Assembly (NCBI GenBank): GCA_021813025.1
Contig: JAKAME010000003.1
Location: forward strand, 1-43,091
Length of the DNA: 43,091 nt
Reading direction: 5' to 3'
From: Candidatus Micrarchaeota archaeon
Lineage (GTDB): Archaea; Micrarchaeota; Micrarchaeia; Anstonellales; Anstonellaceae
The notes below the pieces were generated by a model. That model had not been told where the DNA came from and did not search any database. It worked only from the letters and a program-made list of their open reading frames with translations. Below are positions 1 to 7,289 of the stretch, in pieces. The number at the start of each line of letters is the position of its first letter. Position 1 is the stretch's first letter. A program made the translations under genes and the position numbers.

Positions 1-1344
1 GATGACTTGGGAACTTGCTGCTATGACATTGGGAATTTGCCGCTAGGCACGCTTGGACAGGAAATTACCCCGTACAACAAGAGCGATTGCACTGTAGGCA
101 AGCTGTGCTGCTCCAGCGGCACGTCGGCCTGCGCGCAGGCATGCACCAACCAGACGCCGGTCTGCTGCAAGACCTGCCACCCGCCAACTGAATGCGGCGC
201 GGCGTGCAACTATCAGGTGTGCTGCGGGAACAATCAGGATTATTGCAACAGCATGACGCGGGGAACGACATGCTGCATGGCTACCGAGAATTGCTTGGGC
301 AGCGGCGGACAGCAGGAGTGCTGCCCGGCAGACTCAACAGATTTCTGCAAGAATACAGAAACACCTGCACAGTTGGTCTGCTGCGGTCCCTCCACCGGCG
401 GCACTGCGGTTGCAAAAGACAACACCCCCTATTCGCAGGGCGGCGACAACATCTGCTGTCCCGCAGCCCTGCTCCCCCAGAGCTTCTGCACAGGAGACAG
501 CCAGTGCTGCCCCCATGCCTGCTCAATTGACAGCGCCACAGGCAAAGGATACTGCTGCGCAGACCCCTTAACTCCTGTCTGCAACCTCACAAGCGGAGGG
601 GTGGGCTGCTGCGCTCCGCCCAACCAGCCAGCGCCCATTGCAGGCGGAACAGGCAACATGTGCTGCCCGGCCGCCAACAGCACGGCCTACTGCCCCCTGA
701 ACACCACAAGCGGATGCTGCGCCAATTCCTGCTCCTACCTAATGCTGAGCGGCACGGCCCGTTATGCCTGCTGCGGCGGAACGGACGAGCTGGCTTGCAG
801 CAGCCCCACGGTGACCTTGTGCGGCGCCGGTGATTTGGAGTGCTGCGGCAACGTGATTTCATCCGCAAACTTCGATTTGCCGAGCAGCCCTCCGGCAGTA
901 AACGTGCCAAACGAATGCTGCCCTGCGGGCGACACTAAGCTGTGCGTGGGGCCAAGCGGATATTACCAATGCTGCGCGGCCAGCAATGTCTGCGCGGAAG
1001 GGACGTGCTGCGCGCCGGGCAGCACTGCATACAAATTCACCAGCCCGGGAGGCAGCGGCACCCCATGGCTCTGCTGCTCCGCCGGCCAGACGCCCGTGAA
1101 CGACTCCAGCCCAAGCTGCTGCAGCGTAGGAACTTATCCAAACGGAAATTACATATGCGCCAGTGAAATCTATCCGAATACTGTCCAGAGCTGCTGTCCA
1201 TACAGCCAGGGATGCAGCGACGCTGGCACCTGCATACCGGCTGGCGGGGGCAGCTGCCCGCAAGGATTCACCTGCAATCCGGAAACTCATCTCTGCACTT
1301 ACGTCTGCCCTGCCGGGGGCACCTATACGGCTGGCTCATGCTGA
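1..1344 (+). CDS. Cysteine-rich repeat protein, 5'-truncated at window edge (probable secreted/surface protein)
   Basis: The frame is open from nt 1 (GAT GAC precede the ORF-track start at 7) to the TGA at 1342-1344. About 21 Cys-Cys doublets (my count) recur every 15-25 aa in a CC-x(n)-C pattern. Many N-x-S/T sequons and a G/P/T/S-rich composition. The underlying TGCTGC hexamer recurs throughout. Confidence 0.6.
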   Translation, partial: DDLGTCCYDIGNLPLGTLGQEITPYNKSDCTVGKLCCSSGTSACAQACTNQTPVCCKTCHPPTECGAACNYQVCCGNNQDYCNSMTRGTTCCMATENCLGSGGQQECCPADSTDFCKNTETPAQLVCCGPSTGGTAVAKDNTPYSQGGDNICCPAALLPQSFCTGDSQCCPHACSIDSATGKGYCCADPLTPVCNLTSGGVGCCAPPNQPAPIAGGTGNMCCPAANSTAYCPLNTTSGCCANSCSYLMLSGTARYACCGGTDELACSSPTVTLCGAGDLECCGNVISSANFDLPSSPPAVNVPNECCPAGDTKLCVGPSGYYQCCAASNVCAEGTCCAPGSTAYKFTSPGGSGTPWLCCSAGQTPVNDSSPSCCSVGTYPNGNYICASEIYPNTVQSCCPYSQGCSDAGTCIPAGGGSCPQGFTCNPETHLCTYVCPAGGTYTAGSC

Positions 1345-1357
1345 AAAAGAGGGGTTT

Positions 1358-3076
1358 TTAGCGGATGATTTCCACCTTAATCTCTTCGGCCTTGTTGGTG
1401 CCCCTCACCTGCAGGAAGTAGATGCCAGATGACAGGTCGGACGTGTTAAGCGGGAAGCTTTCGTTCCCCTCCACCTCTCCGTTGTAGACGTTCTTCACCA
1501 CCCTGCCGTATATGTCGGTCAGGTTCACCCAAGTATGGCCCTGTCCGGACACTTCAACGGTGAGCTGGTCGTGGGCAGGGTTGGGATAAACCTTGAGCAC
1601 AGAAGAGTGTGCAATGGGGTCAATCACGTCCGTGGTGTCCTGGCTCCTCTCATAGGGCGTCAGGGCCGTCTGGGGAGTGTAGAACTTGTCCCCCTTCATG
1701 GATTCAGGGTTGATGTCCTCGATGACGATGTGGCGCTCGCTGACCTTGCGGACGCGGAGATTGTAGTCTGCTGTGAACACGGTATCCGTGCGTTCGATAT
1801 TTATCTGGTAACTAACACCCGTTTTGTATACTACTGCTCCGAACTCCAATACTCCATATCGAAGCGCCCATCTCCCATTTGGATCGTCATTTGGGGTCCT
1901 CATTATGCAAAAACCAACTGCAGAATCCTGCTCTTTGAGAACACGAGTCCCTTTCTGCAAAGCAAAGTATCTGCCCGCCTCGCTATTCAGCCATAGGCTT
2001 CCAAACACATTTGTCTGGGACGAAGGAGCCCCTCCAAGACCTATTGGTGTAGCTGTGGCATTGTCGAGGTCGCCAAGCACGTAAGAAGTCGTATCCGGGT
2101 TCTGGGGGGAGCCGGCTCTTGTGAATCTCGCATAGCTGTGCGGAACGCGAAGGGTCTTGCCATCCTTTCTCATTCCAAGCTCGTAAAACGCTCCGCTCAT
2201 CTCTCCGTCAAATTTTCCATTCTCGTATACGTATCTTGCCCAATACTCGTGCTTGCTCTTGTCATACTTGTAATTGTTGGTGATATCCGCCTTCAGGACG
2301 TTGTAGAATGTCTCGGTGGTGAAGGTAAGCTTGCTGCCCCAGTGCGCAATCGTAGCTACCAGCGTGTCCTGCACGGTCAAATCAATCCAGTTCTGCACCT
2401 GCGTGGCCGCCGACGCGTCAATCAGGCCCCACAAGTCAAAGTTGGGCGGGAACACAAGCTTGTTCTTCTCATCCGTCACCACGCCTCCAGAAGCAGTGTA
2501 ATCCTTCACCAGCCTGGCCGTCAGGTTGATGTTGTCCCCGCTCTTCTGCACGTTCGAGAACTCGACAATGCATCCCTTGTCAGTGGTGTCCTTGACTCCG
2601 TTGTTGAATATGAATTCCGGCTGCTCTCCATCCTTCAGCACGATGGTCCTTATTTTGGATTCCCAGTCATTGGCCGTGAAAACCAGCGACAGCTTGCCGT
2701 CTGTTTCCACCGCCTTGACATCCATCTTTATGCTGTTGCTGTCGCTCGCCGAACCCAGCCAAGCCACGCCATTCTCCGGCCCCCACGTGGAGGTGAGGCT
2801 CACGATGTGATTTCCAAGCGAAAAGTCGCGGCCAATGAAGGATTTGAGCATGCGCCCGTTTGCGTCCACATTCAGGCCCAGCTTCCAGTCGCCATTGGCA
2901 ATAACGGTGTCAATGGGCAGCTTGAACTTGACTTGGGAAAGAATCCTGTCATAATCATTTTTCTGGCTGAAGATGCGCTCGTTCACCACCTGATTTTTTG
3001 CAAAGAACTTGGCGTCCGCTTGCTGTGCCGTGTTGGGCGGAGTGGTTGCAACGACAGGGCCTACCATAGGCATCAC
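1358..3076 (-). CDS. Hypothetical beta-rich protein with T9SS-type (Por_Secre_tail) C-terminal sorting domain
   Basis: The last ~80 aa read LKVYPNPAHDQLTVEV...LTDIYGRVVKNVY...LNTSDLSSGIYFLQVRGTNKAEEIKVEIIR. This matches the YPNP...G+.V...L..G.Y consensus of the type A T9SS CTD. The composition is balanced, unlike the antisense ORF 2138..3106. The start is GTG 3076 or ATG 3073. No obvious N-terminal signal peptide. Confidence 0.8.
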   Translation of the reverse strand: MMPMVGPVVATTPPNTAQQADAKFFAKNQVVNERIFSQKNDYDRILSQVKFKLPIDTVIANGDWKLGLNVDANGRMLKSFIGRDFSLGNHIVSLTSTWGPENGVAWLGSASDSNSIKMDVKAVETDGKLSLVFTANDWESKIRTIVLKDGEQPEFIFNNGVKDTTDKGCIVEFSNVQKSGDNINLTARLVKDYTASGGVVTDEKNKLVFPPNFDLWGLIDASAATQVQNWIDLTVQDTLVATIAHWGSKLTFTTETFYNVLKADITNNYKYDKSKHEYWARYVYENGKFDGEMSGAFYELGMRKDGKTLRVPHSYARFTRAGSPQNPDTTSYVLGDLDNATATPIGLGGAPSSQTNVFGSLWLNSEAGRYFALQKGTRVLKEQDSAVGFCIMRTPNDDPNGRWALRYGVLEFGAVVYKTGVSYQINIERTDTVFTADYNLRVRKVSERHIVIEDINPESMKGDKFYTPQTALTPYERSQDTTDVIDPIAHSSVLKVYPNPAHDQLTVEVSGQGHTWVNLTDIYGRVVKNVYNGEVEGNESFPLNTSDLSSGIYFLQVRGTNKAEEIKVEIIR

Positions 3077-3267
3077 CCATTTCTTCGTCGAGAGGGCTTC
3101 CCATGACCCCTACTCATTTGAACTATAAAAGTATGCCTGCTGCCCTATTTAAATGTTTCTAACGCTGTATTTGTGTGGGAGAATAAGGCCCTAAAAACAG
3201 GGCTTTAAACATTGTTTTTAGTAGCAAAACCGAGCCGACCTTGGCGCTTTTTTCAGGCCGCACTGGC

Positions 3268-3711
3268 TCATTTTACGCTATTCCCCTTTTCAAGCAGTTT
3301 CTTAGCCGCTTCCAAAAACTCGCCGGCCCACCCCACCACTTCTCTGGAAGATTGGGCAGAATACACCATGCCGTAATCAGCGTCATGGCGCAGGGCCATG
3401 CAGTCGCGAAAGCGGTTGCAGTGCTTCACGTCCAGGGCATTCGCATCGGAATAGAGCGCCTTGAGCGCGACAGCGAGGCATTGATGGCTCTTCTCGCGGT
3501 AACCTTTGCTGTAGACGAGCGCCTTGGCGGCGTGGAACATTGAGTAATAGGCCTGCACGGTGGCCCATTTGTGGTTCTCTTCCGAAAACGAGGTGCGGGC
3601 GGAAGACAAATCCATTGCGGCGGCGAGCAGCTCCTTGGCGGCCAGGTCCGGCGCATCCTTGACCTTGATGAGCTTGCTCTCGTCAAGGCATTGCCTGAAG
3701 CGGCTGTCCAT
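3268..3711 (-). CDS. HEPN domain protein (toxin-like partner of the upstream nucleotidyltransferase)
   Basis: 147 aa, helical, with the HEPN-type motif LRHDADYG near the C-terminus. It starts 1 nt after the stop of the MNT gene, which is the classic MNT-HEPN pair arrangement. Confidence 0.75.
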   Translation of the reverse strand: MDSRFRQCLDESKLIKVKDAPDLAAKELLAAAMDLSSARTSFSEENHKWATVQAYYSMFHAAKALVYSKGYREKSHQCLAVALKALYSDANALDVKHCNRFRDCMALRHDADYGMVYSAQSSREVVGWAGEFLEAAKKLLEKGNSVK

Positions 3712-3712
3712 C

Positions 3713-4237
3713 TCAACCGGCCTCCCAGAGGGTGATGCCTGAATTTATCCGCTCATAGAGCGGCTTGTCGTTTCTGGACAGGGAAACCCATTCGGGGCTG
3801 CTCAGGATGAGGGCCTGGATTCCCGCGTATTCGTCCAGAAGCCGTTTGACCCGCTCCTTCTGCGAGGACAGGATGAACAGGTCTATGTCGCTTGAGCGGG
3901 TGTTGGTGCCGCTGGCGCAACTCCCGTATAAGACGATTCTCCCGCTCAGTGAAGCCAGATGGTTGACGAGGGGCATCAGGTCATTGACATTCCTGAAGAC
4001 CTTGAACTGGCGCAGGACCGGATTGCGGGCTGAAGCCGAATAGAATGACATCTTCCCGCGCGTGGTCTTGACCACGAGGCCTAGCCTGGCGAAGCGGTTG
4101 AGAATCGAGTTGGCCGAGCCGGCGCTGATTTTGGCCTCGGCGGCTATTTCGCGCTCGTAGAGGTCGCGGTCGCTTTTCGCTATGAAATCGAGAACCTTCA
4201 ATTCTGTCTTTGAAAACAGATTCAATTTTTTGAACAT
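3713..4237 (-). CDS. wHTH-fused minimal nucleotidyltransferase (MNT family)
   Basis: The N-terminal winged-HTH-like segment reads LKVLDFIAKSDRDLYEREIAAEAKISAGSANSILNRFARLGLV. The Pol-beta NTase motif is LYGSCASGTNTRSSDIDLFI (GS...DxD). Confidence 0.8.
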   Translation of the reverse strand: MFKKLNLFSKTELKVLDFIAKSDRDLYEREIAAEAKISAGSANSILNRFARLGLVVKTTRGKMSFYSASARNPVLRQFKVFRNVNDLMPLVNHLASLSGRIVLYGSCASGTNTRSSDIDLFILSSQKERVKRLLDEYAGIQALILSSPEWVSLSRNDKPLYERINSGITLWEAG

Positions 4238-4257
4238 GAGTTTATTTTTATGAACAG

Positions 4258-4267
4258 ATATTTAAAG
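4258..4267 (-). promoter_or_regulatory. TATA-like box for the MNT-HEPN pair
   Basis: The minus strand reads CTTTAAATAT, centred ~25 nt upstream of ATG 4237. This spacing fits a leaderless archaeal transcript. Confidence 0.3.
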
Positions 4268-4372
4268 GTTTCCAAAGCGCTTTTCCGCCCCTCTGGCCGG
4301 CTCGAACGCAAGCGGCGAACACTGGGCGGCCGAAGGCCCTGCCCGCCCGGCTATGTGGGATACCGCGCGCTG

Positions 4373-4465
4373 AACGGAACTGGCGCCTTCCCGCTCAACA
4401 CCTCCGACATCCCCTCTGGAGTGTATTTCCTGCAGGTGAGGGGCACAGCAAGTCCGAAGCGATAA
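4373..4465 (+). pseudogene. Relic of the 3' end of a second T9SS-type CTD gene
   Basis: It translates to NGTGAFPLNTSDIPSGVYFLQVRGTASPKR*. Compare FPLNTSDLSSGIYFLQVRGT in the 1358..3076 gene. 49 of 60 nt are identical over 4388-4447 versus the reverse complement of 1397-1456 (hand alignment). The upstream in-frame sequence is R/G-rich and not CTD-like. Confidence 0.55.
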
Positions 4466-4473
4466 AGGCTGAA

Positions 4474-4517
4474 ATCGCCCGCTAGGCGGGCGATAAGAGA
4501 GGCCGGCAGGCCTCTCT
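4474..4517. repeat. Two adjacent perfect 9-bp stem-loops
   Basis: Hairpin 1 is ATCGCCCGC-TAG-GCGGGCGAT (4474-4494). Hairpin 2 is AGAGAGGCC-GGCA-GGCCTCTCT (4496-4517). They lie between the CTD relic and the mntA promoter. Confidence 0.5.
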
Positions 4518-4554
4518 GCATAATCCGCTGAAAACCCGCCTTGGCGACTGGCGT

Positions 4555-4563
4555 CTTTATATT
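4555..4563 (+). promoter_or_regulatory. TATA-like box for mntA-hepT
   Basis: CTTTATATT is centred ~28 nt upstream of ATG 4587. Confidence 0.3.
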
Positions 4564-4586
4564 CCCCGGTTTGCCCTCTCTTCCCC

Positions 4587-4865
4587 ATGAAGCGCGAGCA
4601 GATTATCAAAACCATCCGCCGGACGCTCAAAAAATACAAAATCCGGGAGGCCTACCTTTTCGGCAGCTTTGCAAGGGGCGAAAAGAACTACCATGACATT
4701 GACATCGCCATCAGGCCCCCAAGGGGGAAATTCTCCCTGCTGGATTTGGTGGGGATTGAACAGGAGATGGAAGGCCAAATCGGCCATGACGTTGACCTGA
4801 TGACCCTGAGGTCCATATCGCCCTATTTCAAGCCTTATATCAAGAAGGACATGGTGCCGGTATGA
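4587..4865 (+). CDS. mntA: MntA-type nucleotidyltransferase antitoxin (type VII TA)
   Basis: 92 aa with LFGSFARGE...HDIDIAI (GSxxRG...DxD). It overlaps the downstream DUF86 gene by 4 nt (ATGA). Confidence 0.85.
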   Translation: MKREQIIKTIRRTLKKYKIREAYLFGSFARGEKNYHDIDIAIRPPRGKFSLLDLVGIEQEMEGQIGHDVDLMTLRSISPYFKPYIKKDMVPV

Positions 4866-5215
4866 AAGAGGACAAGCCATATATCTTTCACATTCTGGAC
4901 GCCATCGAGAGCATCGAGGAGGGGTGCAAAGGGCTGGACAGGGCCGGATTCGAGAAGAACGAACTGGTGCGGGACGCGACCCTGCGCAGAATCGAAATTA
5001 TCGGAGAGGCGGCCAAGCACCTCTCGCCGCCTTTCCGCGAAGCGCACAAAGAGGTTCCGTGGAGCAAAATCACCGGCATGCGGGACAAGCTGATTCATTA
5101 CTACATGGGCGTGGATTACAAGGTGGTGTGGGAGGTCGTAAGCAGAGACCTTCCGGCGCTCAGGAAGACGCTCTTGAGATATGATGAAAGGCACGGGAAC
5201 AAACCCCGTGCCTGA
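4862..5215 (+). CDS. hepT: HepT/DUF86 HEPN toxin
   Basis: 117 aa with the R-x4-H-x-Y motif GMRDKLIHYY. Translationally coupled to mntA. Confidence 0.85.
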   Translation: MKEDKPYIFHILDAIESIEEGCKGLDRAGFEKNELVRDATLRRIEIIGEAAKHLSPPFREAHKEVPWSKITGMRDKLIHYYMGVDYKVVWEVVSRDLPALRKTLLRYDERHGNKPRA

Positions 5216-5261
5216 AAGCCCCTTCCCCAAAAAAAGCAGTGGTTGAAACAATTTGGCTGGC

Positions 5262-5435
5262 ATGCAGAAAGGGCTCAAAACTCTGGCCGTCAAGGCGTCG
5301 GCTGTCGCGTTTCTGTCAGGCGCCGCCCTGTTTTATCCCTCAGTCTCAAAAGCCTTCCAGTACGAACCCCTGATAGACAGCCTGAATGGCGTGATTGTGC
5401 CCCAGAAGCAGATTCATCAAGTGAGGGAAACGTAG
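5262..5435 (+). CDS. Possible small membrane/secreted peptide (57 aa)
   Basis: An ATG at 5262 lies inside ORF 5253..5435. It has a hydrophobic N-terminal stretch, LAVKASAVAFLSGAALFY. There is no other support, so it could be non-coding. Confidence 0.2.
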   Translation: MQKGLKTLAVKASAVAFLSGAALFYPSVSKAFQYEPLIDSLNGVIVPQKQIHQVRET

Positions 5436-5484
5436 TTCCTGTTGCAACTGCTCCACCGGCTACGGTCCAGCAGGCCGGCGCGCG

Positions 5485-5508
5485 TTTGCCCTCTGGGGGC
5501 AAAAAAGC
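5485..5508 (-). terminator. Oligo-T / hairpin terminator at the end of the six-gene cluster
   Basis: Immediately after the TGA of the 590-aa gene, the minus strand reads GC-TTTTTTGCCC-CCAGA-GGGCAAA. This is a T6 run plus a 7-bp stem. Confidence 0.45.
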
Positions 5509-7281
5509 TCAGATGTAGTCGTAGCAGCCCAGAGAAGTGCCGCACTGCACTATGCCAACCGCGTGGTTGTTGACCTCATCGATTTCTGTGAGATGGTTGC
5601 CGAAGTCCGCGTCCATAGTGAATACTGCGAGGTGGGGGAACTCGCAGACGGCGGGGTAGGTCCGCTTCACATAGGATTGGGGCGGCTGGGGCAGGCCGTT
5701 GGCGTCCAGCGCGCCGGGGATGACTCCCATCGGCACAGGATAATAGCGGGCCGGGCTCCCGTCCAGCACCACAGAGGTGTTGGTGCCAAGCGGCGTGGGC
5801 CGCGTGCCGCTGTTCCAGGTGTAGACGTCCACGTTGAAGCTTGTTGGCGGCTTGGTAACCGGCACGGACGTGGCATTGGGGATGACCAGCGCGGCGAGGT
5901 CGTCCGCGTTGTTGAAGCACACCTGCACCGTGACGTTGGTCAGGCAGGGCTGCAGGTTGCACATCGGCTGCGCCGAGTGCAGGGAGATGCTGATGTCAAC
6001 GCAGCCCACATGGACTGTCAGCGGGTCTGGGGCTGTGAGGTTGACTACAAGAGTGGCGTTGCCCTGCGCAGGGATGATGTCGGGCGCGAAGCCGTTTGGA
6101 GCAGGGCCTTGGGTCGCGTTCCAGCCCGGTTCGGGCGCGCTGGCTATGCCGACCCCGTCTGCCACCATGTCAAAGACGCTGTCGGGGTTGGAGATTGTGA
6201 CGTTGAGCAGGTAGCTGGCCCCGTCGGTCGGCACTATGGTGCTCGGGTCCACGGTTGCGCTCACGCTGCATGTCTGCGGGTCCACCACTATGACGTTCCA
6301 GCTGGCCGCGGTCGTGTTCAGCGCGACGAGGGGGACTCCGTTGGTGTTGTCCCGGTATATGTTCTTCCAGTTCTGGGCGCTGTTGGCCACGTCTGGCCAG
6401 ATGTGGATGAAACCAAGGCATTGCTGCGAGCCCATCAGGGACTGGATGCTGTGGGTGCCCAAGGCCATGTTGCCTGTCACCCACGCGTCGCCGGTGGTCG
6501 GGTTGCAGCCGGGGGAGACGATGGGGCCGGGAGAGACTGCCCCGTCTGCCGGCCTTGTCATGGGATTGGAATCCAGCGTCACCCACTCCGAGCCGGAGCA
6601 TATCAGGCCGCTCTGGGCATTCTGGCCAGGATATTGCGGCGGCGGGGGCGGAACCTCCAAGATGGTGTAATAGTCGGATTTCGACTGGAGGTCGGTGCAT
6701 ATGAAGTTGTAATCCGCAGGCTGGGTTTGCTGGTTGACTATGCGGTTGACGCTGCCGCGCATCCGGGTTACGAAAGCGGGGTCGTTAATCCACTGCACCA
6801 GCCCGCCATTGTCCTGCCCCCAGCCGCAGGGCATGTTGCACTGGTTGCCGCACTGGTTGAGAAGGATGTTGGGGCACTGGCGGTTGACGTCTGGAGGCGG
6901 GGGCACGCCATAGTTGGCCGTGGCGCCGAAGCGCCCGTTGGCAAACGTCGAGCTTTGGTTGATGAGCACCCGCAGCTGGCCGGGGCACATGTAGACGCCG
7001 GTCCCGTTCGGGCCGGTTTGTGATGCGTCAAGGTCCTGGTCGTCTGTGATGTTGCGGGGAAAGTAGATGACTGCCGGCCCAGCGCCAGTGGTGTCATTGG
7101 CCAGGCGCATGCGGGCGCTGAGGCCTATGTCGGTGTTCATGTGCACGTTGGCTATGAGGTTTTGGATGAGGTCGATGTTGGATGATTTTGAAACCTCTTG
7201 GTAGGCCCACGCGCCGCTGGCAAGAAGCAGCAGGCTGCCAAGAAGAGGCAGCAGCATGGTCAAGTGGAACCGGTTTGTCAT
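5509..7281 (-). CDS. Secreted Cys-rich protein with CARDB-like C-terminal domain (cluster gene 6)
   Basis: The Sec-type signal peptide is MTNRFHLTMLLPLLGSLLLLASGAWA|YQ. Many Cys residues. The C-terminal ~116 aa end in FTMDADFGNHLTEIDEVNNH, the D..n.v.E.dE.NN signature typical of CARDB domains. Confidence 0.75.
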   Translation of the reverse strand: MTNRFHLTMLLPLLGSLLLLASGAWAYQEVSKSSNIDLIQNLIANVHMNTDIGLSARMRLANDTTGAGPAVIYFPRNITDDQDLDASQTGPNGTGVYMCPGQLRVLINQSSTFANGRFGATANYGVPPPPDVNRQCPNILLNQCGNQCNMPCGWGQDNGGLVQWINDPAFVTRMRGSVNRIVNQQTQPADYNFICTDLQSKSDYYTILEVPPPPPQYPGQNAQSGLICSGSEWVTLDSNPMTRPADGAVSPGPIVSPGCNPTTGDAWVTGNMALGTHSIQSLMGSQQCLGFIHIWPDVANSAQNWKNIYRDNTNGVPLVALNTTAASWNVIVVDPQTCSVSATVDPSTIVPTDGASYLLNVTISNPDSVFDMVADGVGIASAPEPGWNATQGPAPNGFAPDIIPAQGNATLVVNLTAPDPLTVHVGCVDISISLHSAQPMCNLQPCLTNVTVQVCFNNADDLAALVIPNATSVPVTKPPTSFNVDVYTWNSGTRPTPLGTNTSVVLDGSPARYYPVPMGVIPGALDANGLPQPPQSYVKRTYPAVCEFPHLAVFTMDADFGNHLTEIDEVNNHAVGIVQCGTSLGCYDYI

Positions 7282-7289
7282 GCATCCAC

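Noticed and set aside
2138-3106. 322-aa plus-strand ORF opposite the T9SS-tail gene
   Set aside because: The minus-strand frame ends in a near-perfect Por-type CTD and has balanced composition. The plus frame is V/L/R/H-rich with no motifs.
5563-7023. 486-aa plus-strand ORF overlapping the 590-aa cluster gene
   Set aside because: Its composition is R/G/A/V/H-dominated (for example RRGRNLQDG, GRHYGARVHGCAHAA), typical of an antisense shadow ORF in GC-rich DNA. The minus-strand frame has a signal peptide and a CARDB-like domain.
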